Shown here: positions 31,866 to 45,800 of the stretch, piece after piece | Layout of the letters: every line of letters begins with the position of its first letter | How positions within the stretch are numbered: position 1 is the stretch's first letter | Source: the human T2T-CHM13v2.0 reference genome, Homo sapiens | NCBI RefSeq assembly: GCF_009914755.1 | Contig: NC_060934.1 | DNA length: 64,000 bases | Reading direction: 5' to 3' (one strand) | The notes under the pieces: model-generated | The model's input: only the letters and a program-made list of their open reading frames with translations | Told to the model about the DNA's origin: nothing | Database searches by the model: none | Program-made: the position numbers and the translations under genes

Positions 31866-31909
<44 letters not shown>
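31866..31909. repeat. (CA)n microsatellite
   Basis: Direct reading. Confidence 0.95.
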
Positions 31910-31911
<2 letters not shown>

Positions 31912-32373
31912 CACATGTATGTGTATAATTTTAAAATAAGCATTTCATTTCATATGATAGTCTCACCAACAAAAATAAGGGTGTTGAGAAGGGACTAGAG
32001 CCCTTGCAGGCTTTCTTTTTCCATTTTCTGTTTATCAGAAATATCAGAAAAATCCATCCAGCCAATCCTTAGCAGCATTATAGACAAGAGTGGATGGGAA
32101 TAGCCTGGGTCTGAAGAACTCTAAAATCCATGTAAGAAATAACATTTAGTGTAGTAACATTTTATTCATAAAACCTTTAAGCTCAAATTCACTATTAGTT
32201 TCTGTTTCCCAAAGCTTCTTAGTTTGTGTGGCTGTGGTACAGGGTCATCGGAAGAAAATTGTTTTGTGCATCTCAGGAAAAATGTGTGAGCTTGAGTATG
32301 TGCTATATTATTCCTGTTGTTTTGTAATTATGTTCAATGCATTATAATGATCAACTCTTAAATATTTACCCAG

Positions 32374-32569
32374 GACTCTGAACAGTGGGACAGCATCTAT
32401 CACGCACTTGGTTCCAGGTGTTACATAATTGCAGGAACTGCTTCCAAAAGCATTTCTAAACTTCTAGAGCAAGGAAACATCAGCATCCCCAAATCCAATG
32501 GGCTGATCATAAAACACACAAACCAAACTACAATGTCTGACTTGGTGGAAATAACCAATCTGATTGACA
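32374..32569 (+). CDS. ENO4: ENO4 exon 11 (DSEQWD...TNLID)
   Basis: Acceptor cccag|GAC, donor ACA|gtgagt; NGLIIK matches enolase NCLLLK. Confidence 0.94.
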
Positions 32570-32977
32570 GTGAGTAAAAGCATACATCTGAAAGACTCGT
32601 AATGACTTGGTTATACAAGAAACCAAAAATACACAGCATATCAAAGTTACTAAAAAGCATGGGAGAAATCTTGGAAGAAAAGAAAGTCCAACCATTTGTG
32701 AGAGATTTAGTGCTGGAACACAAAAGGCAGCTTACTGACTCCCTTCACTACGTTCCACTAACAGCCCAATTCCAAGCTCACCCCCTTTACTGAGGGCTAC
32801 CAGAGGTATGGCCAAGGCCACTGCCCTGTCAACTTCACAGTGGGGAGAGCCTTTCTGCCTGTAACAGGAGGACTAATGGCTGATTTCTTACGAAAGGGCA
32901 TAGCCTTCAGCACATTTATCAATTTGCTTTAGGTTCTGAGCTTGGACTACAGAAAATCTTTAAATTTACAGAAACCT

Positions 32978-33285
<308 letters not shown>

Positions 33286-35029
33286 TTTACAGAAACCATA
33301 GAGGTACCCCAACTCTTACTGCTAAAGAACAGGTCCCAAATCCTGATTCATGCACTGTGGAACACCTGGGTACCCATCTGCACTAGCCAGGCTTCCGGCT
33401 ACAATGTAGTGTTCAAGCTAAGAAAAATATCTCACCATTCACAAAGCCAAGGCACCAAGCACAGCCAAGGAACAGCAGGGGCAGAACATGTGTAGCCTGC
33501 ATCACATTACCGCAGTATTGTAAATTTCCTCCTATCATTTACTACCACTTTATGCTCTAGATTCTAGATAAGGAGTCAACACCTTAACAGGGACCACAGC
33601 TCTTTCTTCCACATAGGCATGGCCCAAGTACATAGTAAGGATGTAGGAATTACTTAATTGAAAATAAACTTAGCTACTTATAATATATCCCGACATCAGT
33701 CAGCCATTTTAATTTGCATTACTTGGGGAAGTCTAGGAGGGATCAGAATTTGGAACCAGATCATCCACTGCAGGGAATGGTCTACTTGAGCAGTTTAGAA
33801 AACAGGCAACAAGATCAGATTAGAAGCAGTTTTCTGTCAGTACAGAGACCTGAGGCAAGGGTAGGTTCACTACTAACATGCAGCATGAGGAAGCTGCCAA
33901 GCAGGTTGGCAAGGCAGTGGAGTATCAGGGAAGCCTCGGGAGGCAGAATCTGAGTCATGAAGCTGGGATTCAGGGACAGGATCCCAGCAATGGGGATCAG
34001 GGGATGACAGGTGAAAAGCGGGGCTCCAGTGCTGGTGCATCTGGGATGCCAGAGGAGAGCAGCTTTACTTAAGACCATTGGGTCAGGCATTTGCGAATTG
34101 GACATAATCCTTACAGCATCCCTGTGAAGTAGACACTATCATTTCCACTTTATTGATAAGAAAACAAGACTTGGAGAGATTAGGCAACTTTCCCATGACA
34201 CTATAGTCATCTCACTTGCCCACAACTCTTGACCACCTGTCTTTAAACATGCTGTTCCTTTGGACCAGAATGCTTTGCTCTGACATACTTGGCTCTGCAT
34301 CCTTCAGGTCTTGGCTAAAATGAAATGTCTTCAGCCACTCCTGCCTTCCCCTATCCCTAACTGGTTCAGTTCTGAATTTTCCTCCTAGCATCCTATATTT
34401 CCTCTTTGTAATACGGACCACAATCACTTATACAACTACCTAATGACTGGGGTTTCCCACTGGACTACAAACTGAGTTCATGGGCATCTTGTACACTTAT
34501 GCAGAGGACATGAAACAAATACCACGAGTGGGTCTCAGGAACTAGACAGAAAGCTGGTCTCAGAGCTGGAGCAGAACTCAGAGCCAGACTGGCAGCCAGG
34601 GGCCTGGGTTGGTGCCAGAGGATGGAAGAAGATGCTCAGGCAGGGCTGGCCTGTGGGTGGTAGATGATAGATAGGAGGCAATGCAAACACCGTTGCTGCA
34701 GGAAGAGCTCTGGCTGGCACTCTTCACAGACTGGCACATTTCAAAGGGTTTTAAGACCCTCAAATGATTGATTACTACCAACACTACTCTTCTAGTAAAC
34801 ATTCAGAATGACAGTCCTTTGAATAAAATTCTACACAATGAAAGGAGAAAGCCATTACGTAGGCATACCAACTCCACGTTACTCTTACCATATTTCACTG
34901 ACTCAAAGATGCATTTTTCTACACTGAACATTTAAAAAATTGAATCATGTCTTATAGCCGCGGTCTTAGAAATGTGTCAGTCTAATTTGAGCATCCCCCT
35001 ACCCCCTTTTAGTGGTAATAAAATAATAG

Positions 35030-35355
<326 letters not shown>

Positions 35356-35603
35356 ATCATGTATCTTAATTTTAATGAAACACAGTATTCATTTAGTATT
35401 TACAGCATCTAAGCTACTGAAATTGGGGGTAAACAAACAAAAGCAGGGCAATAAAAATGCAAACGTTAGAATCCTAGGTAGGCAAATAATTGACTCTTCA
35501 CAGGGAAGTTTTAAATCTGAGAAATTTTAAATTTTGATCCCAGAGGCCCACATGTATCCTAACTTTCTACACCATATAAAACTGAAAGAAATTCCTCTTC
35601 CAG

Positions 35604-35671
35604 GTAAGAAGCACATCACTGTCTTTGGAAGTACAGAAGGAGAATCATCTGATGACAGCCTTGTCGATTTG
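35604..35671 (+). CDS. ENO4: ENO4 exon 12 (KKHITVFGSTEGESSDDSLVDL)
   Basis: Acceptor ttcctcttccag|, donor TTG|gtaagt; aligns with enolase VMVSHRSGETEDTFIADL. Confidence 0.93.
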
Positions 35672-36181
35672 GTAAGTGCTGAATGCTGGTCAACTGCCAA
35701 ACACTGCTTTTATCACGAATTGGTATTTCAGAGAAATGCAGTCTCTGGTGGAGAAAGGCATGTAACCTTTTATGAAATAGACTTGCTTCCTCCCAGATAG
35801 CTACCTTTTGCAAAGAGCTAATCTTTGAACTTTTAAAAAGAAGAAAAATTGAAGTCCAGGGAAAATGATGAGCACACTTAAATGACTGGGGTGTGCACCT
35901 GCAATCTTTCCTCCTAAAATGAAGAAAGGCCAGAACGTTCTTATATAAAATCAGCATGCCTACGTGACTAGTAAAGTGCCTGATGGATAGTCAGCCACAT
36001 CATCTGTTTGCCTTTCAGCACTCTCAGCTTGTAGGCCACTGTGCTTACATAAAGATAAAAAACTAGTAAGAGAAAATCCCAAACAGCACACTGTGACAGT
36101 TTCCTTTGTCTTTAAAGAATTGTTTGTCGTTTAGCAAGACATGGCTCCTCCGTCTAAAATTAGTTTTTTCCCCCCTTTCAG

Positions 36182-36299
36182 GCTGTTGGGCTTGGTGTCC
36201 GGTTCATCAAGTTGGGGGGTCTTTCCCGTGGTGAACGAGTGACTAAATACAACCGCCTTCTCACTATAGAGGAAGAACTTGTCCAGAATGGAACACTGG
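36182..36299 (+). CDS. ENO4: ENO4 exon 13 (AVGLGVRFIK...QNGTL)
   Basis: Acceptor ccctttcag|, donor TGG|gtatgc; carries the enolase C-terminal signature. Confidence 0.96.
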
Positions 36300-37827
36300 G
36301 TATGCGCTGCTTTCTTGCTTTGTTTCCACTTAGCCATGAATAAGAGAACAAAGATTGGAAGAGGGGGAATAGAAGTCCCTCTGCAGGAGGGCAGGGGAAT
36401 CCAAAGACCATACATAAGTGCTGACAAAACTAGGATGGCACTTGCCACAATGTATATTGTTGTCTTAATGGATCATCTATTTACCTGAATGTTTAAAACT
36501 CTCGCCCTTTTTCTTGATGAATAGGCTGCACGATGCTCTTCAATAGAATTAATTGATTGGAATTTCCAAGCCTACCTTTTGTTATGGTCCAAATTATACT
36601 TAAGGTTTCCCTGCACAGCCCATGAAAGTTAAAGGCAGACACTTTCCTGAGGGTTTTTGGAAACAAACTGTTTTACTTAAAAACAAGTAGGCAGCGTGTT
36701 AATTTTAACATACCTTGGAAAGATTAAGGTCTCAAGAGAAATCGATCATTTAATGAAATTGAACCTTTGTAAATCTGCATGGTTAGAAGCACCTTGTATA
36801 CTGGGTAACTAGAGAGAAACACACCAAATATGCATTTTTATTTTCTTATATTACTGATTGTGATGGCCAAAAGGAGGCCTATAGCATGCAGTGGCATTTA
36901 AAGAGACCAACAGAAACTGTGATTATAAACTTGTCATGTTTAACGTATGTAGCGGTCTTGAAATGCATCCTAGGATTCAGAAAATAAAGATATAATTGGG
37001 AGACTATTTCTGAGTCATGTAAGGGCAGTCAAAAGTTAGTCTGTATTGTTTAGTGTGTAGTAGAAGGGCTAGTTTTTTCAAATAGGTAAAATTATACTGT
37101 TCCACATATCTGATTATTTTTCTGGACATCCTGACTGGAGGCCTTAGCTTCCCTGAATCCCAGTTCCAGCCAGACGTTACCACGAGGGAAACAGCTGCTG
37201 CAGGGCATCCAAAAGGACTCTGGTGACCACAGGCTCCACCCCTCTGTGGTGACAGTGCAGCCGCCTCAGTATTCCACAATAGATTAACAGATCGAGGAGA
37301 ATTTCTCTGACACTGGCCTTGGTGAATCACTATTAAAGGGACCAAAAACTGGAAAAATAAATCTCTCCACTCCCACTTTAGAGTAGGAAATCTTGGCAAA
37401 AGCTCAGCCATTAAAATGTTGTCAATACTTACATGTAAGGACCTGACTGGAATGGTCCTCGCCTGCCATCATTTCCCTGGGAGCAGTCAGCTGGCAGTGG
37501 CTTGTATCATGCCTAATACTGGCCTTTCCCCCAGTTTATCACCTTCCTCTTAACCCTTTCCGCTAAGCCTCTGCCCAAAGTCCATGATGCGTCATCAGAT
37601 GTTCCAGAATGTTGAATGAGAGTGCAAGTAAAATCGAACAGAACATCTGTATGGCACAATTAACATATAACCAAAGATACGCCCAGTTGTAAATGGTTCT
37701 GGAGTCCTTTCCGATGGTGATGTGACACCTTTGGACTAGTACTGAAGATGATCTCCTTCAACTTATGTAGTATATAAAAACTGGCACCATTGGATTAGAC
37801 AGTAAACTTTATTGTTACTTTAAATAG

Positions 37828-37982
37828 GTTTCAAAGAAGAACACACTTTTTTTTACTTTAATGAGGAAGCTGAAAAGGCTGCGGAGGCACTTGAGGCTGC
37901 TGCGGCTAGGGAGCCGCTGGTGCCCACCTTCCCCACACAAGGTGTAGAGGAATCAGCCGAAACAGGAGCATCCTCTGGATAG
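37828..37982 (+). CDS. ENO4: ENO4 exon 14 coding part (FKEEHT...GASSG*)
   Basis: Acceptor aaatag|GT; phase 1 fits exon 13; TAG at 37980-37982. Confidence 0.9.
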
Positions 37983-38803
37983 GGCTGTACACACCCCAGG
38001 TTCCAGCCACACCATCAGTATTAGTAGACCGGGAGGTCTGAAGTACGGCGCCGTGTCTCCACATGGAGTTTCCTCTTCAACTTCACCAACTCTTGTGGTT
38101 TTTATTCTTCTAATTCCACTGTTTGGTAAATTACATATATGATGTTTTTGCCTGAAATTCTGTGAACTTCGTTTTGCAGCCACCACACTTCCATGTGGAT
38201 TTTGTTTGTCTATTAGCTCTCCTGTCCATTTTTCAGGGACACGCTCCAGTAAAAGAGGCCAATATTTTTGTTGCCAACTCCACACTCAGTCAAACACCCC
38301 ATCCTTTACCAATCAGAATATCTCTGAGAACAAAAACCTAATGACCCTAGAAGCTCTCTGTGCTGGGAACAGATGTCCATCTTCTGTGTTTATTCTACAT
38401 GTCTGTGCTGAAAAGCACTGACACATTTTTGTAACCAACCTCACGTAGAAGTGTGAGAGCATCACCATTTTTTGTAAGAGCCAATTTCATCTCACTTTCC
38501 TACCCTTGATTCCTTTTTTCCTAATTCCCTCTCCTTTTTAAATTTTAGTTTTTCTTGTATTATTTTTATCTTTGCGAGTCTTCTTAGATCCTTTTTGGAG
38601 TAAGAATGAGTATAAATGAATAAGCACATCAGTAAATGAATTAATATTCTCAAGGTTATTAAATGCCCAGTTATTCATACTACAGCATTTAAAAAGCAAT
38701 CCGCAAGTGATAAAAAAAAAAAAAAAAAATGATGTGACATATCCATTGCCTGAATTGCCTCTTTTGTAAGCCAGTGTTGGGATTATAGCAGAGGAGTAGC
38801 AGA

Positions 38804-38809
38804 AATAAA
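38804..38809 (+). terminator. Candidate ENO4 poly(A) signal AATAAA
   Basis: Canonical hexamer about 820 nt after the stop; an ATTAAA also occurs at 38658-38663; usage cannot be shown from sequence. Confidence 0.45.
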
Positions 38810-39281
38810 TATATTCAGACACAAACATATAGATATAATAATATCCAACCACTTTATATGATTTAGGGTCTCGTTAAAAGGGTTACCATTTGCTTCTCCT
38901 AAAAATTATATAAATTGCTATGTACTGACCTGTAGGGGAGTTGGCTAAGTTTAGACTTCTGACAAATTCTATAATTTTTATTAAGCACACTGAGGACCTC
39001 TCCTTTTAAAGAGTACTAACAAGGGACCTTAATTTCCTCATAACAGAGCCAACTCTTTATTCTCAAAGCTATGATTTGAAACTGGCTCAGGCGCAGACTC
39101 TCTCAGAGCATGCAGGAGACTTGGTTGGTATCACTCTAAGTTGGAAGAACTGTGTCACAGTTTGTGGCTGCTACTGCCTCTCCTGATGCTTAGCAACAAG
39201 CAACGGGTAGGAGAAACTGGAAGGAAAATTCATTTGAAAGGCAGAACAAACATGACTGGGTGTTCACATACCCTTTGAAAA

Positions 39282-39283
<2 letters not shown>

Positions 39284-39315
<32 letters not shown>

Positions 39316-39316
39316 C
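39284..39316. repeat. (CA)n microsatellite
   Basis: Direct reading; would be (UG)n in the SHTN1 long 3'UTR. Confidence 0.95.
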
Positions 39317-42300
39317 ATGAGACTATGCCCTGGAACAGTGATATAAATTATAATTAAATTACTAAAACCAGAGCAAAAATGTACAATGAATAACAAAATA
39401 ACTAAATTAAATTAACCAAAGAGGTGATTTATTACAATAACCAGGTCAGCAGTGTGACTTCAACACAGAGCAGTTTACTCACCTATCCTCGAGACTGCAC
39501 TCACCAATGGATAATTAGCATTTTAATTTAAATTTCTTAGGGTGCTAGGCACTCTTTCTACTTATACTTTCTCTCTCTTGTGTTATATAACATTTAATAT
39601 GAAATATATTTATATAACTGTATATATAATATTATCTGTGAAAGAAATGAAAGAAACAGTCACATACCAAATTAAAATGACTGTGGGATAGGGACATGTT
39701 AGTGCTTGGAAGAGAAACTTCAAACCACTCCAATCCTTATGCAGGGACTGCTTGATGAGTCTTTGAAGGTCAGTGATAATGACAGATGGTTATCCATTCT
39801 CGACAACTTACTGGTATATAAGCTAATGTTGTTCCACAACGAGTGTAACTGAACAGGTAGAGTATGCATTTAGAAAAATAATCCAGACTTGAAGGCTGTG
39901 ATACAGACTATCATTTACTGAACACACAACCAAAAACTGGTCTGGAAAGACAATTAAAAATAATTGTTACCTGTACTACTCCATTTCCAGCAGTTTACCA
40001 TTAACAAAGAAGGTAAGGAAGGAGCAATTATTGGTGAGTAGTTAGAGCCAAAGCATCCATCCTCCGTACTCAGGGCAAACTATGCTGGGTGCTAATAGCC
40101 CTGTTGATGCCTGCCAGTCAGAACTTCCATGGGACTGTTCAGCTGCTGAAACTGCTGTGGGTGAGGACTTTGTTTGAGACCAGCTCACATACAAAAGGGT
40201 GCAAGTGCTTTAATTAAAATCTTATTCTTCCAGAAAAAAAAAGAGACATTTTCTTTTTCTTTAATAGCAATGGCACAAAGTACCTCTATCTCTGTTCCTC
40301 ACTCGGGCTATAAAATGCATCAACATTCGTTTTTCTTAAAGAAAAAAAATCCTCTATAGCGCACAAGACTTAATTTATCTTTCCCAAACAGAAGGAAGCA
40401 TAAATAACCTTTTAGAGAAATCAAAAACATAAAGATGCAGTCTTTTCCAACTTAAAATTGTGTAAGCAGGACATATGTAAGTTTTGTGTGTGCAATAGCT
40501 ATGAACATACCTTGCAGATATAAGCACGGTTCTCCTATGTCTTCCTATTTGGGATCCCTTGCTTTGGTTGACAGTGTCACCCCAGCCAGGGGCAAAACCC
40601 CCTCAAAACCAAAGTGAAAAGGGAAAAACTGTAGGCAGAAAAAGGTGAGTGAATATCTTCCATCAAATACCTTCATGTCAAATTAATTTAAAATGCTTTG
40701 TAATCACAGTGAGAGAAAGTAAGCAGCTTAAAAAAGGCAGGAATACTTTCAAAATACCTGTTACTAATTGTTCCCTAGTCCAGCTAACACATTTCACCCA
40801 AAGGGCAACTTCTTACTCTAGAAAGGAGGGTATTTTGATAACCATATTATTCTGTGATGGTGTGATGAAATATGGAAAGACAGTGTACATATTTTTATAT
40901 TCCTAAATGTGTGTGAGTTGCATGCTGGCAGACAGATCACAGATGCAAGAAGGAAGACAGCACAAAGAAACATGAAAGAAAACTCAATAAACCATCTTAG
41001 GGACTATTAAAAATTACTAAAGTTGTCAAATCATATACAATTTTCTATTAAAGAATGTCAAGCTTGGGGAACTAAACCAGAAACGTTAATAATAACCACA
41101 ACTGACCCTTAATGGGAAACTATTGGTGCCTTTTTAATAAGTTGTGGTGAGGAGAGTTCAAATTACAGCATAACAGAATTCGTTTCGTGAATTAATGCAG
41201 TCTGTAGTAAGCATATCATATAGCAGTATTATCCAGTTAAAGAAAGATACAGTTGAAAAACATTACGTTTTAATTCTCCATGAGTAAAGTGATAAGTAAC
41301 TATAAAATCATTATTGGGAGAACATGGAAACAGTCAAGCATAACGAACTTACAGAAAGATAATTATCTCCAAATTTAGGAAGTACATGTACCTGCCTACC
41401 CACCTCTTCAAGCCTATGCTTACCACACGTGCAAAAATACAATACAATACAACTACTGCAATTATTACTATCATTTTCTTTTGCCCTTAGGTGAAAAACA
41501 CCTGACAGCTACATGCTGAGCCATGCTAACAAAACTAAACCTTTCACTTTCTTTAATAGTAAAATTACCATTACTGAATCATTGTCATAAAAAGTGCATT
41601 CAAGTACATTACCACTTATTTTAAATAAACACCAATTTTGAAACAATCAACTTTGAAAAGCTGCATAAGTTTTTTTTTTAATCCCTGATTACATTTCTAT
41701 TTATTCACTGTGGTAGCCTGAAACATTGTATTTTTAGAGACTAACTACTGCTTAATTTCTTTTTTAAAAAAAACAACAACAAACCTGTGTAATATAGAAC
41801 AGCAGTGAAGCAAGAAAAATGTGTGCTTGTCACTTATCTTCACCATACTGTACATAAGAACTCTGATAAAATATGGTACTTGTGCCACATTAGTATTTGG
41901 GAAAACATAATTAACTCATAGCACAGAGCACATGGTTTACCAACTTACTACTGTAAAATTCAAGGTTTGGACTTTCACCTCAGTTCTGTATTCAGGCTAC
42001 CAGAGCATCCCCACGGAGGTCCTCGGGAGGCTTTGGACACAATCAATAGCATGTATTTTTCATCCAATAGTTAACAATGTGTGTAATTAACACTGACTAT
42101 GGGACTACGAGTTTGATGCCAGCTCCTGAGTTTTCAGTTTATCTCAGTCTACTGTAGAAAATAACTTGTATGCCACAGTACCCAACAATTTCCATGCTGC
42201 TGCAGTTTCTCCATCAAGAGGATCAGACCCAAAACAGAAGCTTCTTTGGGGGCTTTTAAAATCACATTGGGTTGATCAGTTTTGTTTATCCGATTATATA

Positions 42301-42657
42301 CAAGCACCTCAAACTTTCAGCATTCCATTTGATGAGTGGTATGCACATTTCCTAAAAAGGTATCAACATCTGAATTTTTTTGTAACCTTCTAAAAGAAGT
42401 CATACTTAATACAGTAACTAGGAAAAAAACCTCATCTTTATAAAGATCAAAAAACCAAAACCTACTAGGAATGTGTGTTTTGCTAAACAGCTTACTTATG
42501 TTTATAGTTGCTACTTACAAAAGTGACACCAGAAAAGAACCTGTATTCTGAATACAGTGACCAGAGCAGAATGTCTACAGCCCTTGCCAATATAACAACA
42601 CTAATCATGTGCTTATTGAAAAGGACTTCCAAACATGTCAGGCTTCTGGTTTATGGA

Positions 42658-42880
42658 TCAGCAGTTGGAGCTGTCTGTCTCTCTCACGTTTTCAATGCTG
42701 TCTTCTTTGTTTTCTGGTTGAATTTCGCCTTCATCCTCCTTGTGTTGAGTTGGATCTTTTTCAGCAACCTGGTCTTTGGTTTGGGGTTCATGTGTAGAAA
42801 CAGGATCTAAAACTACAACTGGTTCGGCTTGTTTTTCACCGTCAATGTATTTTTTCCTGCATCCAATGCTACTGGGAGGC
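42658..42880 (-). CDS. SHTN1: SHTN1 terminal exon coding part, long isoform (PPSSIGCRKK...DSSNC*)
   Basis: Minus-strand acceptor ctcatag|G with a CTAAC branch-like motif; joins the upstream exon as ...KVTFQ/PPSSIG; recognised as the shootin-1 C-terminus. Confidence 0.94.
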
Positions 42881-45800
42881 CTATGAGATGAAGAGTTAGA
42901 CAAAAAAAGTAAAAAGCAGAGAGAGAAAATAGTTGTCTCTGATATTCTGGATTCAGACTAACATAAAACCCAAAATGTTCTAAGTCTAATCAACATGCAT
43001 ATAGTAGTCTTTGAGATGCCAGCCATTTAAAAGAAAAAATGAAGCTATCAGATTACACAGCTGATACTAGGAGCACAAGGCCAGAAGAAAGAAGGCAGAG
43101 AAAGAGCGATTAACTACAGAAGTGTTAAAAAGCCAAATGCACCTACCTGCTTAATTGCATTCTCTTCTCAGGAAGCGTAAAGCTCATGGACAAACTGTGA
43201 ACTTCTCACAGCCTGCTGCCCAGACCCCCACCCGCCCTCACTTAGCTGGATGGAGCCAGTTAACTCCCTTCCCTCCTGTGTGTCCCTGGGTATGGCTGGT
43301 TGCAGGGTAGTGCTGAGGAGCCTGCAGGGACAAGGGGAGTAATCACCCCTCATCACTGATGGACAGGTGAGAGGCATGCTGACTGCTGCCATTACCAACT
43401 AGAGGAGACCTGGTCAGACTTCAGGAGGGGGTGGTGGTAGGACCAAGGGCGGAGAGAGAGCCAGAGTAGAAGCTAAAATGCTAAGTTACCATTAATGTTT
43501 CTAAAAGGAGAATCAGGTTTCTTGAGAAATTTCTTATGGAATTTCAGAGGCAGTTTTCCACAGACTCCTTCTCTCGTCTCTTCTGCTGCAAGAAGCTATG
43601 GCTTCTCAGGCTGAATGGGTGAGGATTTCATTATGGGAACAGATATCTCTGAAACACCCGAAGGTTCAGGCTGCTGAGCTGCGGCCTGAAGGTGGAGGCA
43701 GCTGCAGCAGGCAGGGCTGGGGCTTTCGGACTTTTCTGGTCTTTTTGGAAAATGCTAGGATCAGGCCTTTTTGTCCCTGAGAACTGGCTGTTAACCATGA
43801 CCCGGCACACCACCATCCCACCTCTTGGTGTTCCGCCAGGTGCCAGTGAGCTGCCAGCCAGTGCCTGCCCACTGCTCTACCAGCCCCTCACCAGGAGTTG
43901 GTTTCTACTATTCTCTGACCCCTTCAGCAGGTCAGAGCTGGCAGGAGACACTCTTTTACCACCTAATACCTCTCCCTTGTTGGACTTACCACAATTGTTT
44001 CCTGTCTGTCTCTTCCAATAGCATGTAAACATCCACGAGGCAGGGACTGTTTAGCTTTACTCACAATTCTATCCCCAGCACCTAGCACAGATGCATTTGT
44101 GGACTAAACGAATGGGCAAATACTAATAAACTGAAGGGTTCAGAATGAAGGGGGAGAAATCAAGGTTTGGGTGTGAGTAGGTCTGGATGTCTCTCTTGCA
44201 ACAAAAACAACAGAACAAATGATCAACTACTGAGCAAAAGTAACCTGCATGACCCGGTCACGGGCACAAAACCTCAAACCCAAAGACCACACTGCTTTTT
44301 TCACTTTCTGACCAGTACTGTAAGATCTGTCCAAATGTTTAAAAACCACTCCCTCTGGCTACTGGGTTATATTACCTATGTGTGGCTCGGTCATCATCCT
44401 AAGTGACAAACACTATGTCTTCCTTGGAGGTGGTAAAAACAAAAATAATCAGGAGCCTGGGGACAGGCTGTGCTGTAGTGAGGACAGATTCCTTTATTTT
44501 TGCCTGATTATGGCACCATGACATTGTCCATCTACCTTGGCCAAGGAACTACTTCTCCAGACATCTGCCGCTATGCTTTGGGAATCAGAATGGGGTGTAG
44601 TTTCTCCAGTGGTACCTGTTTTGACTCTCTCTGACCCACACAATATTTAAAAGCCTGTGATGGGAGAAGCAGAACAACTATGAGTAATATTAAGGATTGA
44701 TCAGAGGAATCAGACCTTAGGGAATGAGAGGCACTAGTCATGCCGTCTGTGTAAATCTGCTGCTTCTGCGTCTGACACTGGGCCTGCAGTCAGCTGTTCT
44801 GACAGTTGGGAGGGAAGGCGGCTGTAAAGTGACAGAGACTGGGGAAAAACTAGAGCTGCACCTATCTCTCTCTCACAAGCACCAATCTTGATGATGCAAG
44901 ACAATCTGCAGAATAAGCAGGAGCCTTCCCCAAGGAGCTGCACATGCACCTGCCCCAGGATTTGGAAAAGCTGGAGGAGGAGATGTGGGGAGCTGGAGAA
45001 ACTGTGGGCCAGTCACTGCCACATGCCAGTTAGGTGAGTCAGCACATCAGGAATGTCATGCACAAGCTATAACAGAGCCTGCCCTACACGGACCTTCCGA
45101 GGGTTAAAAAAAATTTTTTTAAGACAACTACTTCACTTCCACCTTCTAAATCTCATGCAGATTTATCTGTCGGCAACTCTAAACTGAAAACAAACAGGTG
45201 AGGAGATTCTAGGAAATAAAGCTGCAGCCCAGCTAAGGTTCCAGGGAAAGTCCCATCCAAGTCTGCAGATTGAGTCACCAGTACGAAGGTTTCACCATCT
45301 TGGGCCTGGGCCCACTCTTATGTAAGCCAGTCAAACTGCTTTCAGCATGCAAAGGAGGTAGTATTTCTCTCATTCTAGGTGAGCAACTTCCATCAACCCA
45401 TACTAACCTTCATCACTTCTGTAGAACTACCATGGATGTTTCCATGCTCGTGTGTGTCTGTAGGTGAAGGGGTGGTGCACAGATCCTAGAAAAAGCTTTC
45501 TTCATCAGCTCAGGGCTAAAAATTTCCAGGAAGTGCTCTCTGGGCTCCACAGCAGCAATACATGGATGTTGATTGAACTGAAAACTCATAAACCTAGTAT
45601 TGTCAGGCTGAAATTGTCCTGGAATTGTCTCAGTCCAAAGAACAATCTCCCTGTCCTGAAGCAAGCTTCTTGACTGCAGATTAATCTATTATTAAGTCAC
45701 TTATAGGCTACAATTTGAGAACCCCTTTGTTATCACTGAACTAGGCGCAGTGGGCATTTTCTGAATCTAGGCATGGAGGGAGAGTGACTGGTTTCTCAAG

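Larger units (their letters stand above)
37790..42657 (-). other. SHTN1: SHTN1 3'UTR (long form, approximate end)
   Basis: AT-rich, Alu-free stretch after the stop; minus-strand AATAAA at 41700-41705, 39428-39433 and 37808-37813; the distal end is inferred. Confidence 0.6.

Noticed and set aside
38712-38729. A18 run in the ENO4 3'UTR as a possible retrocopy tail or poly(A) site
   Set aside because: No TSD or retroelement body seen; genomic A-run, mainly an internal-priming hazard
44535-45245. Possible ancient LTR element
   Set aside because: LTR-like wording only; family and boundaries could not be supported without a repeat search
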